Shown here in pieces: positions 42,823 to 51,644 of a stretch of 64,000 nucleotides of DNA. The notes beneath the pieces were generated by a model. That model was not told the origin of the DNA. It made no database searches and saw only the letters and a program-made list of their open reading frames with translations. This DNA comes from Candidatus Delongbacteria bacterium (GTDB taxonomy: Bacteria > CAIWAD01). Positions within the stretch are counted from its first letter, which is position 1. Every line of letters starts with the position of its first letter. The position numbers were made by a program, and so were the translations under genes. The DNA lies in NCBI GenBank assembly GCA_963663545.1, contig OY760505.1:3040001-3104000 (forward strand), given 5' to 3'.

Positions 42823-43600
42823 GCGACTGACTCGCAGCAAGCGTGCAAAGCTTCGTCAGCGCGAGCGCGGTGTTCGTCGTCTGCGTTCTTTGGTCTTGGT
42901 GATACTTGTTATCAGCATGCCAACGCTGCTCGTCTTCGGCATTGTGGACTGGTTGCCCAAGTTGAAGCACAGCCAGTTGTTTGCCGCTCGTGTTTGGACG
43001 GTGAAGGGCGTGTGTTACGCGGACGCAGACAAAATGCGCGATGAGCTGGACGCTGTTCTGGGTACGCCACTTGCTCTGATCGATTGCAACGCGCTCGCTG
43101 CAAAAGTCTGTAACGATCCGTGGATTGAAGATGTTCGTGTTACAGCCATGTACCCAAACAGACTTCACGTGCGCATTCGTGAGCAACACGCTATAGCATG
43201 GCTCACAGAGGGTGAACGCGTGCAGTGTGTTACAGCGGATGGTGAGTCACTACCGCTGCCGGGAAGTGGCAATTCGCTCGATCTTCCGGTGTTGGATCAG
43301 CGACAGATGACGGGCATGAATTCACATTTGGCTCTCAACGAGGCTTGTAGTGTCCTTTCCTACATGCGCGAGAAGCACCCTGGGATGTATGCCGATGTCG
43401 ATTGTATTACGTGGGGACCGCATCCCAGCATGAGCCTGGGAGTACAGGGTCCTTCGATATATCTGCATCCGGAGAACTGGCGGCACAGCCTAAGTCTGTT
43501 GGAGGCTGTGCGAGCAAAATCTCCTGAGCTACTGCAGGTCGCTGGAAGTCTTGATTTGCGCTTCACCAACCAAGTGGTATTGAGGAGGCGCAATGGTTAG
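42812..43600 (+). CDS. ftsQ: Cell division protein FtsQ/DivIB
   Basis: TM plus POTRA (PWIEDVRV...PNRLHVRIRE), LDLRF. Confidence 0.85.
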   Translation: MSTERLTRSKRAKLRQRERGVRRLRSLVLVILVISMPTLLVFGIVDWLPKLKHSQLFAARVWTVKGVCYADADKMRDELDAVLGTPLALIDCNALAAKVCNDPWIEDVRVTAMYPNRLHVRIREQHAIAWLTEGERVQCVTADGESLPLPGSGNSLDLPVLDQRQMTGMNSHLALNEACSVLSYMREKHPGMYADVDCITWGPHPSMSLGVQGPSIYLHPENWRHSLSLLEAVRAKSPELLQVAGSLDLRFTNQVVLRRRNG

Positions 43601-44873
43601 CAATATGCTGGGGGCTTTGGACCTGGGATCCAGTCGTGTTCTAGCACTGATCGGTGAAGTGCTGCCTGGCGGTCGTGTGCAGGTGCGCGGTGTTGGCCGT
43701 GCTCCATCACAGGGCATTCGTTATGGCACTCTGGTGGAGATGGCTCCCGCAATTGAGGCCGTCAAGAGCGCGGTTGCCGGTGCCGAGGATATGGCGGGAT
43801 GTGAGTTCCCGCCTGCCGTTGTGTCACTGGGTGGTGCGCACATCAACAGCCTCAACTCCCACGGTGGAGTTGCCCTTAATCCCGAGCAGTCAGCACAGGA
43901 AGCGGAAGTGGACGAGGACGCTCTTCTGGGTGTGCTGGCCAGTTCTCGAGCTGTTGAGCTGTCTCCGGACCAGTGTCTACTGCATGTGATACCGACACGT
44001 TTCCAGGTTGATCATCAGCCGGTCTGTCGTAATCCGCTGCGCCTGAGGGGTATGAAGCTAAGCGCTGACACACACTTGATTCTTGGTTCGGTGATGGCAA
44101 GAGCTAATCACGAATCCTGTTTGCAGCGCGCGGGCGTGCGTGTCCTGGACCTAGTTTGGTCGGGATTGGCATCGGCCAGCAGCTGTCTGCAACAGGTTGA
44201 GCTTGAAGAAGGCGTGCTGCATCTCGATCTGGGAGGTGGCACTTGCAGCGCTACTGTGTACAGGCGTGGCAAACTTGAGCACAGTTGGGTTCATCCAATG
44301 GGCGGTGAAGCTCTGGTGCAGGAGCTGGCCACCGTGTTACAAACCGCTCGCATTTCAGCTGAAAGATTGCTCGCTGAAAACGCTGTGGCCGATCCGGAGC
44401 TGCTTGCTGGAAGTGATCCCTTGGTTGTCGTCAAAGATGTACGTGGCCGCGGCCAGCACCGGATTCCTGTGTCACAGATTGCTGGCGTAACCAATGCCTG
44501 GCTCCTGGAGCTGTTTCGTCAGGTGCGTGAAGATGCGCGTAGTCTGGAACTGTTGAACGGCAAACTGCGTGCTTTGGTGCTTTCCGGTGGACTTGCTGGC
44601 ATTCACGGCATTGAGCAATTGGCTGAGTCCATGTTTGGACTGCCTGCGCGTAAGGGACTGCCGCGAGCCATCGATGGCCCGATGGGGATCCTTGGCGGGG
44701 GCTCCAGCACTTGTGCTGCAGGATTGTTGCTGATGGCGGCAGCGCGTCAGGGAGAGCTGAATTTCGAAGCCTTTCCTGCTGTGGGGGAGTTTGATCACCT
44801 GGGACTGAAGTCACGTCGCGAGGGGCGTACCTGGTGGGATGGCGTTGGCAAGCTGCTAAGGAGGAAGAGATGA
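43593..44873 (+). CDS. ftsA: Cell division protein FtsA, paralog 1
   Basis: ALDLGSS, LDLGGGT, VLSGG; amphipathic tail WWDGVGKLL. Confidence 0.85.
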   Translation: MVSNMLGALDLGSSRVLALIGEVLPGGRVQVRGVGRAPSQGIRYGTLVEMAPAIEAVKSAVAGAEDMAGCEFPPAVVSLGGAHINSLNSHGGVALNPEQSAQEAEVDEDALLGVLASSRAVELSPDQCLLHVIPTRFQVDHQPVCRNPLRLRGMKLSADTHLILGSVMARANHESCLQRAGVRVLDLVWSGLASASSCLQQVELEEGVLHLDLGGGTCSATVYRRGKLEHSWVHPMGGEALVQELATVLQTARISAERLLAENAVADPELLAGSDPLVVVKDVRGRGQHRIPVSQIAGVTNAWLLELFRQVREDARSLELLNGKLRALVLSGGLAGIHGIEQLAESMFGLPARKGLPRAIDGPMGILGGGSSTCAAGLLLMAAARQGELNFEAFPAVGEFDHLGLKSRREGRTWWDGVGKLLRRKR

Positions 44874-46147
44874 TCGCGGGTAAAGAAAGCGCCAACTGCA
44901 TCGTCGACCTGGGGGCTTCCCATGCAAGTGCCTTGATCGTCGGGCGCCGTGATACAGGGCTTCCGCGCGTTCTGGGCGAGGGCCGTTGTGCTATGTCCGG
45001 ACTACGCCAGGGACAGGTTGTAGCACCACAGGAAGTAGCCGACGCCATTGGCGCTGTTGTCGACGAGGCCGAGCAGCGCGCCGGCGTGCATATCGATCAG
45101 GTTCACCTGGTTGTCGGTTGGGCAGGCTTACGCAGCGAGGATCTGCGTAGTACCTGCACCTTGAGTCGCAATCCGCGAGATCTTGAAGCCTGCGAAGTGC
45201 GAACTCAGCACCTTGAAAAGCTGCACCAGGATTCGCTGACGGGTGACCATCTGGCCATTGACCGCGTTGTAATGCACTCGATGCTTCAGGAATACATCGT
45301 TGACGGAGTCAGTGGAGTACAGAGACCGCTCGGTGTGAAGGCCATGAGGCTCGTGGCGCGTCATCACGTCGTGGACGGTCCAATGCTTCTCAGTGACAAT
45401 CTACGACGCTGTGTGGAACACGCTGCACTTGGCTGCGCGAGTATCACGGCCAATCTGGTTCCTGCCACTGAACTATTGCTGGACGAGGACGAGAAGGAGC
45501 TAGGCGTCGTCCTTGTAGATCTAGGTGCCGAGAGTACATCGCTGCTTGTGTGTCACGGAGGCGCACCGGTATTCAGCACTTCCATTCCTGTAGGAGCTGG
45601 ATCCATCAGCCGTGACATTGAAAAGGCCTTTCACTGCGGACGTGATACAGCTGAACGCATGAAGCGTGAGCACGGCGTTTGTGATCTACGCGCTCTCAAC
45701 ACGGATCACACCTTTGAAGTGCCAGCCAGTGCCAGCCTGCCTGCGATGCGAATGACGCAAAGCCAGCTCTGTCAGGTGATACAACCTCGCATGGAGGATG
45801 TCCTGGAAATGATCCATGAGCGGCTCTGCCAGGCCGATCTCCGTTACCGTTTGGGAGCGGGGATGGTGCTGATCGGCGGGGGCGCTTGTCTGAGCGGCTT
45901 GGTGGGCATGATGCGCAATTACTTTGCGCTACCCGTGAGACAGGGCTTTGTTGGTTCGGGCATTGAGTGTCCGTTACACATGAATGGAAATGACGGCGGT
46001 GTGCAGGGCCTGGCTTGGTCGGCCACTCTCTGCGCAGCCATGCACAATGCGGGCATGACCTCGCGTCGCGTGCTGGGCTGGCGTCCCTTTCTGCGCAGCA
46101 TTCGCAATCTGCTGGGCGGGAAATCGGGTGCCGCTGCCATGTACTAG
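44870..46147 (+). CDS. ftsA: Cell division protein FtsA, paralog 2
   Basis: VDLGAS, EKELGVVLVDLGA, AERMKREHG, VLIGGGA; tail WRPFLRSIRNLL; ATGA overlap. Confidence 0.88.
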   Translation: MIAGKESANCIVDLGASHASALIVGRRDTGLPRVLGEGRCAMSGLRQGQVVAPQEVADAIGAVVDEAEQRAGVHIDQVHLVVGWAGLRSEDLRSTCTLSRNPRDLEACEVRTQHLEKLHQDSLTGDHLAIDRVVMHSMLQEYIVDGVSGVQRPLGVKAMRLVARHHVVDGPMLLSDNLRRCVEHAALGCASITANLVPATELLLDEDEKELGVVLVDLGAESTSLLVCHGGAPVFSTSIPVGAGSISRDIEKAFHCGRDTAERMKREHGVCDLRALNTDHTFEVPASASLPAMRMTQSQLCQVIQPRMEDVLEMIHERLCQADLRYRLGAGMVLIGGGACLSGLVGMMRNYFALPVRQGFVGSGIECPLHMNGNDGGVQGLAWSATLCAAMHNAGMTSRRVLGWRPFLRSIRNLLGGKSGAAAMY

Positions 46148-46218
46148 GGATTGGAGCGAAGGACAGCTGGAGCTGGACTATCGCGTGAGACATGATCCTA
46201 TGCTTGGGGGTTTACGAC

Positions 46219-47520
46219 ATGTCGGATCTGTTATTTGAGTACGATGCCACTGCCACCGGCGGAGTGCAAATCTTGGTTGTCGGGGTCGGAGGCGCCGGTG
46301 GGAATGCGGTCAACCACATGGTTGAAAGCAACCTTAGCGGCGTTCAGTTCGCCGCAATCAACACGGACGTGCAGGCGTTGATGCACAATATCGCACCAAC
46401 GCGTCTGCAGATAGGGCGTCAATTGACGCGTGGGCAAGGCGTGGGAGCGGACATCGAGCTCGCGCGGTTGGCCGTGGAGGAGAGCCAGGCCGAACTGGAA
46501 GCTCTGGTGCAGGGACAGGATCTGGTGTTCATCACTGCCGGTATGGGCGGTGGTACGGGCACGGGCGCCGCACCGGAGATTGCACGCATGGCGCGTGAAG
46601 CGGGTGCCCTAACCATCGGAGTTGTAACACGGCCCTTTGCTTTCGAACAAGGTAGACGCATGGCACGCGCTGAGGCCGGCATTGCCGAGTTACGCAAGCA
46701 TGTAGACACGCTTATCGTGGTCTCCAATAACAACCTGTTGCAGATTGTCGAGGAGCACACTGTATTACGCGAAGCCTTTCGTGTGGCCGACGATGTGCTG
46801 CTCTCAGCAGTGCGTGGTGTTACATCGCTGATTACCAGCACCGGCTTGATCAATCTGGATTTCGCCGATGTGCGCACGGTCATGGGCATTCCCGGTGACG
46901 CCGTGCTGGGTACGGGAACGTCCAGTGGAACCGATGCCGCCTTGCACGCCACACACATGGCGATCTCCAGTCCACTACTGGACGAGAACTCCATTCGTGG
47001 CGCGCGTGCCCTGCTGATCAACATCAGCGGCGGGGACCGTCTCACACTATCCGATATCAACGCTGCGGCCACTGTTGTAACACGGGAAGTGGGCGAGGAT
47101 GTGGAAGTCTTCTTTGGTGCTACGGCTACGGACGACGATCAGGAAGCGATTACTGTCACTGTAATCGCTACGGGTCTGGACCCCGATCGCAATCAACTTA
47201 GTAGCCCTCGTAGCCCGATGAGTATTCCAGTGAATGTGCGACCGCACCGTCCGCAGGCTGTGCCACTACGCACGGCACCACGTGAACAGCGTGTACACAG
47301 GGCGGAAGCTGCGCAGGAGACAAGCGCGCAGCCACAGCAGAACCTGCTTATCGACTGGATGGATGGCCAGGAGCGCCCCGCATCACCACTCTTTACACAT
47401 GCCGAGAGTGTGCGCAATCATCCAAAGGTTCAGGAAAACAGTCCTCGCATGCTTGGTCGGCGTGACGAGGAGGATACCGATCGGGAAACCCCGGCATTTC
47501 TGCGACGCAGCATGGACTAA
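46219..47520 (+). CDS. ftsZ: Cell division protein FtsZ
   Basis: GVGGAGGNAV, AGMGGGTGTG, INLDFADV, PAFLRR. Confidence 0.98.
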   Translation: MSDLLFEYDATATGGVQILVVGVGGAGGNAVNHMVESNLSGVQFAAINTDVQALMHNIAPTRLQIGRQLTRGQGVGADIELARLAVEESQAELEALVQGQDLVFITAGMGGGTGTGAAPEIARMAREAGALTIGVVTRPFAFEQGRRMARAEAGIAELRKHVDTLIVVSNNNLLQIVEEHTVLREAFRVADDVLLSAVRGVTSLITSTGLINLDFADVRTVMGIPGDAVLGTGTSSGTDAALHATHMAISSPLLDENSIRGARALLINISGGDRLTLSDINAAATVVTREVGEDVEVFFGATATDDDQEAITVTVIATGLDPDRNQLSSPRSPMSIPVNVRPHRPQAVPLRTAPREQRVHRAEAAQETSAQPQQNLLIDWMDGQERPASPLFTHAESVRNHPKVQENSPRMLGRRDEEDTDRETPAFLRRSMD

Positions 47521-47562
47521 GTCGCATATCAGGATAAGACCAACCCCCAGCATGAGGCGCAT

Positions 47563-48219
47563 GCGCCTCTACCGAAAAACCGGCCAAGGCCGGTTTTTCA
47601 TTGTCCGGCAAACGGCGGCACACGCAAGAGGACGTGATGTTCGTGATTTTGAGACACTACGCTTCAGGGAGGCGAGCGCCTCTACCGAAAAACCGGCCAA
47701 GGCCGGTTTTTCATTGTCCGGCTAACGGTGGCATACGCAGCTTGGAGGTCTTGTTCGGGATTGTGAAACACTACGCTTCAGGGAGGCGAGCGCCTCTACC
47801 GAAAAACCGGCCAAGGCCGGTTTTTCATTGTCCGGCTAACGGTGGCATACGCAGCTTGGAGGTCTTGTTCGGGATTGTGAAACACTACGCTTCAGGGAGG
47901 CGAGCGCCTTTGGAGCCTGACGAACCTGGCCACTTCGCGATCTTTATCGCTTCTGCTTGGCTGAGCGCGCGCGGACTTCTTGAGCATCCACTCCAGGATG
48001 CTCAGCGAAACCCGCGCACCTTCTCCCTGCGCATAAGCGCGAATCTCATCGAAGGTCCAGATTCGACAGGCTCCCTGAAAAACCGGCCAAGGCCGGTTTT
48101 TCATTGTCCGGCAAACGGTGGCACACGCAAGAGGACGTGATGTTTGTGATTGTGAGACACTACGCTTCAGGGAGGCGAGCGCCTTTGGAGCCTGACGAAC
48201 CTGGTCACTTCGCGATCTT
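47563..48219. repeat. Array of four 113-114 bp palindrome-containing units (REP/BIME-like)
   Basis: Units start at 47563, 47676, 47790 and about 48076; each has GAAAAACCGGCC-AA-GGCCGGTTTTTC. Confidence 0.92.
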
Positions 48220-48285
48220 CACATCAGATATCGCTCGCGCTTCTTGCTTCTTCAGAACAGTCTTCATATTATTGTCGTCTTGTAC

Positions 48286-48359
48286 GCCTCCGTAGCTCAG
48301 GTGGATAGAGCAACGGTTTCCTAAACCGTAGGCCAGAGGTTCGAGTCCTCTCGGGGGCA
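48286..48359 (+). tRNA. tRNA-Arg (anticodon CCT); CCA not encoded
   Basis: Acceptor GCCTCCG/CGGGGGC; anticodon arm ACGGT-TTCCTAA-ACCGT; T arm AGAGG-TTCGAGT-CCTCT. Confidence 0.97.
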
Positions 48360-48421
48360 TGGGCCAGGAGGCATTGAGGCGTGAACCCGTGCCGCATGAA
48401 CGGCAAGATGTTGGAGCTGGA

Positions 48422-49102
48422 ATGAGTCTGAACAGCCACGATCTTCACGAAGAACTTGAGCATGATGCCTTTGTTGAGGGTGCACTGAAGGGCGCAGAGT
48501 TCGTCAATCGCAATAAGCTTCCCCTGACGATCGCATTGGTTGTGTTACTTGCGCTGGCTTTTGCTGGTGCGTACTTCGTACGTAATCATCAGTTGAATGA
48601 GTCTCGTGCCCAGGTGCTGATGAACCGCGGCGTGATGCTGTATGGCGAAGGCGAGTTCGACGCAGCCTCCACCTGGTTTGAGCGTGTCACATCCGAGTAT
48701 GCTGGCACTTCGGCTGGCGAAGAAGCTGCCTATTATACGGCTGCACTGGCTCTCCGCAAGGGTGAGCTTGAGCAGGCGCGTACTGCATTTGAAGCCTTCA
48801 TCGCCAAGGGCTCTGCCAACGGATTCCTGTTGGCTGCCGCTCATGGTGGTGTAGCCGCGACCTTTGAGCGCGAAGGCAACTGGAAGTCTGCGGCCGAAGC
48901 CTGGCAGAAGGCGGCCAACACTCGTAGTGAGCAGAACTTCAATCAGGCTCAGCAGCTCTTTAATGCGGCCTTGTGTTGGGAGAAGGCTGGCGAAGCGGCC
49001 AAGGCCAAGAGCCTGGTTGATCGTTTGCTGGAAGAGTATCCCACGAGTTCTTTAAAGAGCAGGGCAGAAGTGGTGCAGAAGAGGCTCGACACCATGATGT
49101 AG
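48422..49102 (+). CDS. Membrane-anchored TPR protein (YfgM-like)
   Basis: Single TM followed by TPR helices (EYAGT.AG..A.YY, LLEEYP.S). Confidence 0.85.
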   Translation: MSLNSHDLHEELEHDAFVEGALKGAEFVNRNKLPLTIALVVLLALAFAGAYFVRNHQLNESRAQVLMNRGVMLYGEGEFDAASTWFERVTSEYAGTSAGEEAAYYTAALALRKGELEQARTAFEAFIAKGSANGFLLAAAHGGVAATFEREGNWKSAAEAWQKAANTRSEQNFNQAQQLFNAALCWEKAGEAAKAKSLVDRLLEEYPTSSLKSRAEVVQKRLDTMM

Positions 49103-49111
49103 TTCGCTTCT

Positions 49112-49221
49112 ATCCCGCCGGATTGTCGGCGGCACCGGTACGCGTCCGGGTTGTCTGGTCGCGTACTGCCTGCGGAGAGTCGCAGGCGCCCCTCACTGGG
49201 TGTGTGCCGTTGTGACGGGAT
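49112..49221. ncRNA. Candidate structured RNA (four-way junction)
   Basis: Closing stem plus three internal hairpins found by hand folding. Confidence 0.4.
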
Positions 49222-49223
49222 GC

Positions 49224-49248
49224 AGTGGGCTTTGCCCACTTTTTATTT
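49224..49248 (+). promoter_or_regulatory. rimP-leader terminator-like hairpin
   Basis: AGTGGGC-TTT-GCCCACT-TTTTATTT just upstream of rimP. Confidence 0.75.
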
Positions 49249-49259
49249 ACGGAAGAATC

Positions 49260-49724
49260 ATGCTGGATTTGGATCACATACGTAGAAGAGTCGAAGAGCA
49301 GGTGATACAAGAGCCGCTCTTTCTAGTCGGCCTCGAGTTGACCGGGGGCGGCGGTGCGCGTGTTCTACGTTTTCTGGCCGACAGTGATACAGGCATCACC
49401 GTGGACCAGTTGGCAGGGTTGAACCGGGCCATCGGCAATCTGCTGGACGAAGAGGACCTGGTGCCCTTCAGCTACCGGCTTGAAGTCTTTTCGCCCGGCC
49501 TGGATCGTCCGCTGACTCACGAACGACAGCTCAAGCGCCACGTGGGCATGCGCGTGCGCGTGTGTTACAAAGAGACTGCGCAGGATGAGGAAGCGCCGCG
49601 CTGGATCACGCTGACGGGCCGCCTGCAGAGCCTGGACGAAAGCCAGCTCTGTCTTGCCACGGACAAGGGCGAAGTGCTGATTGAGAGAAACGAGATCAAA
49701 GATATCCACTGCGAACTGCAGTAG
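49260..49724 (+). CDS. rimP: Ribosome maturation factor RimP
   Basis: YRLEVFSPGLDRPL; position before nusA. Confidence 0.95.
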   Translation: MLDLDHIRRRVEEQVIQEPLFLVGLELTGGGGARVLRFLADSDTGITVDQLAGLNRAIGNLLDEEDLVPFSYRLEVFSPGLDRPLTHERQLKRHVGMRVRVCYKETAQDEEAPRWITLTGRLQSLDESQLCLATDKGEVLIERNEIKDIHCELQ

Positions 49725-49746
49725 TAGTTGAAGAGGAGTGCGCCCG

Positions 49747-51279
49747 ATGAAGGGAGCCCAGAAGAACGAGGCTTACACCATTGTAGATGCCGTGATCGAC
49801 TTGCTGGAGAGCAAGAGCATCGATCGTCAGGATTTCCAGGAAGTGGTGGAGTCGGCCTTCATCTCCGTGCTGAAGAAGAAGTACGACGCGGAGGATTCTT
49901 TCTACGTCACCTTCAACCTGGATAAGGGCGACATCGAGATCTATCGTGAGTGGCAGATCGTGGCCGACGGCGAGGTCGAGAGCGAGCACCTCGAGATGGA
50001 ACTCACCCGCGCACAGGAGCTGGATCCGGAACTGGAAGTGGGCGATGAGTACGTCGAGATCATCGACTACCGCACCTTCGGGCGCCGCACCATCACCAAC
50101 CTGAAGCAGGCGCTGATGCACAAGATCCGCGAGATCGAGAAGAACGCGGTGTACGAGGAGTACAAGGATCGCGTCGGCGAGATCATTCATGCGGACGTGC
50201 ACCAGGTGGATCGTGGTCGTGGCGTGATTCTCAACATCGACCGCACCGAGTTTCGCATGCCGCCCAATGAGCAGGTGCGCAGCGAAAAGTATCACCGCGG
50301 TAGCAGCCTGCGTGTCCTGATCAAGGAAGTGCGTCGCGAGAACAACCGCGACCCGGAGATCATTGTATCACGCGCCGATCCCAATTTCATCCGTCGCCTT
50401 TTCGAGGTGGAAGTGCCTGAGATCGCCGAGGGCATTATTCAGATTCGCCGCATCGCCCGCGTACCAGGACGTCGTACCAAAATCGCCGTGGAGTCCAACG
50501 ACCCGCGCATCGATCCGGTGGGCTCCTGCGTTGGCATGAAGGGTGTGCGAATTCAGGCCATCGTGCGCGAGCTGGACAACGAGAAGATCGACATCATCAA
50601 TTACAGCAGCGACGCCGAGTCCTTCATCAAGAAGGCCATGAGCCCCAACAAGCCACTGCAGGTGCGCCTGCTGGGCGACAATCGTGCGCTGGTGGTGTTG
50701 TCCGACGAAGAATACAACAAGATGATCGAGCGTCAACAGCGTCGCTGGGAAACGCGCAACGAGGGCGAGGAATTTGCCTTCATGCCGAACGAGGACATGG
50801 TCTTCCGTTTGGCGAGCGAGATTTCCAACTACCAGCTCGAGCTGATCAACGAGACGGAACACATCGCCCGCCAGCTCCACGAAGAGGAGATCGAAGAGGA
50901 GCTGGGTATCACGGATGTGATGGGTGTGAGCGAGGAAGTCTCCAGCAAGCTGATCGACGCTGGCTACTACCTGGCCGAGAAGATGCTGGATGTGCCGCTG
51001 GAGACGCTGGCCGAGAAGTCCGGCCTGCCACTGGAAGTGCTGCGTCAGACGCGCCGTCTGGTTTCGTCTTATTTCCAGGATTTCAAGATCGCCGACGTGG
51101 TCGACTTGCCGCGTGCCTACAAAGAGGCCCTGATGGTCGCCGGTTACATTTACGTCGAGGATTTCCTCAACGCACGTTCCGACGAAGCCATCGAGCGCAC
51201 GGGTTTGACCGAAGACGATCTGGTGGAAGTGATGAGTATCCTCGCCGACTTCGACAGCCAGTCGAGCGACGAGGACTAA
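49747..51279 (+). CDS. nusA: Transcription factor NusA with C-terminal acidic repeats
   Basis: FGRR, IIVSRA, LFEVEVPEI, DPVGSCVGMKGVRI, EKIDII. Confidence 0.96.
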   Translation: MKGAQKNEAYTIVDAVIDLLESKSIDRQDFQEVVESAFISVLKKKYDAEDSFYVTFNLDKGDIEIYREWQIVADGEVESEHLEMELTRAQELDPELEVGDEYVEIIDYRTFGRRTITNLKQALMHKIREIEKNAVYEEYKDRVGEIIHADVHQVDRGRGVILNIDRTEFRMPPNEQVRSEKYHRGSSLRVLIKEVRRENNRDPEIIVSRADPNFIRRLFEVEVPEIAEGIIQIRRIARVPGRRTKIAVESNDPRIDPVGSCVGMKGVRIQAIVRELDNEKIDIINYSSDAESFIKKAMSPNKPLQVRLLGDNRALVVLSDEEYNKMIERQQRRWETRNEGEEFAFMPNEDMVFRLASEISNYQLELINETEHIARQLHEEEIEEELGITDVMGVSEEVSSKLIDAGYYLAEKMLDVPLETLAEKSGLPLEVLRQTRRLVSSYFQDFKIADVVDLPRAYKEALMVAGYIYVEDFLNARSDEAIERTGLTEDDLVEVMSILADFDSQSSDED

Positions 51280-51315
51280 GCCCGGTTCGGGCCGATTGAC
51301 AGAAGCGGGGTACGA

Positions 51316-51639
51316 GTGCCTGTCACACGAAAAGCGCCCCCAGGTCTTGGGAACATGCTTTCGCTGGCCAGACGAGCCGGCAAGCTGATCCTGGGCCTGG
51401 ACGACAGCAGGCACTTGCTGCAGAAAGGACGGTCGCTTGTGATACTGGCCGATCCAGAACTGAGCCCACGTACCCTTCGCGAATTGGAACGCCTGCCGGA
51501 AGAGAATTCCGGAGTCCGCGTCTATCTGCTGAGCGATTTTCAGCAGACGATGGAGTTTCTGGACCGTTCGGCAGTGCGCGTGGTAGCCGTCAGCGACACC
51601 GGTTTTCGTCGGGGATTGCTGCGGTTACTTGCAGAATAA
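51316..51639 (+). CDS. L7Ae/YlxQ-family RNA-binding protein
   Basis: [27 protein letters not shown]; between nusA and infB. Confidence 0.75.
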   Translation: MPVTRKAPPGLGNMLSLARRAGKLILGLDDSRHLLQKGRSLVILADPELSPRTLRELERLPEENSGVRVYLLSDFQQTMEFLDRSAVRVVAVSDTGFRRGLLRLLAE

Positions 51640-51644
51640 CAGGA

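Noticed and set aside
47601..48140. 179-aa repeat protein ORF
   Set aside because: A by-product of the 114-bp (multiple of 3) DNA repeat; unit 1 is 113 bp and the conserved features are DNA/RNA palindromes
47563..48219. CRISPR array
   Set aside because: The segments between palindromes are homologous or identical rather than unique spacers, the period is 113-114 bp, and no cas genes are in the window
48286..48359. tRNA as an integration site for a prophage or island
   Set aside because: No integrase and no duplicated tRNA 3' end seen; downstream genes are core
49112..49221. tRNA-Sec or another tRNA
   Set aside because: Cloverleaf-like, but it lacks a TTCRA T-loop and a proper anticodon arm on either strand
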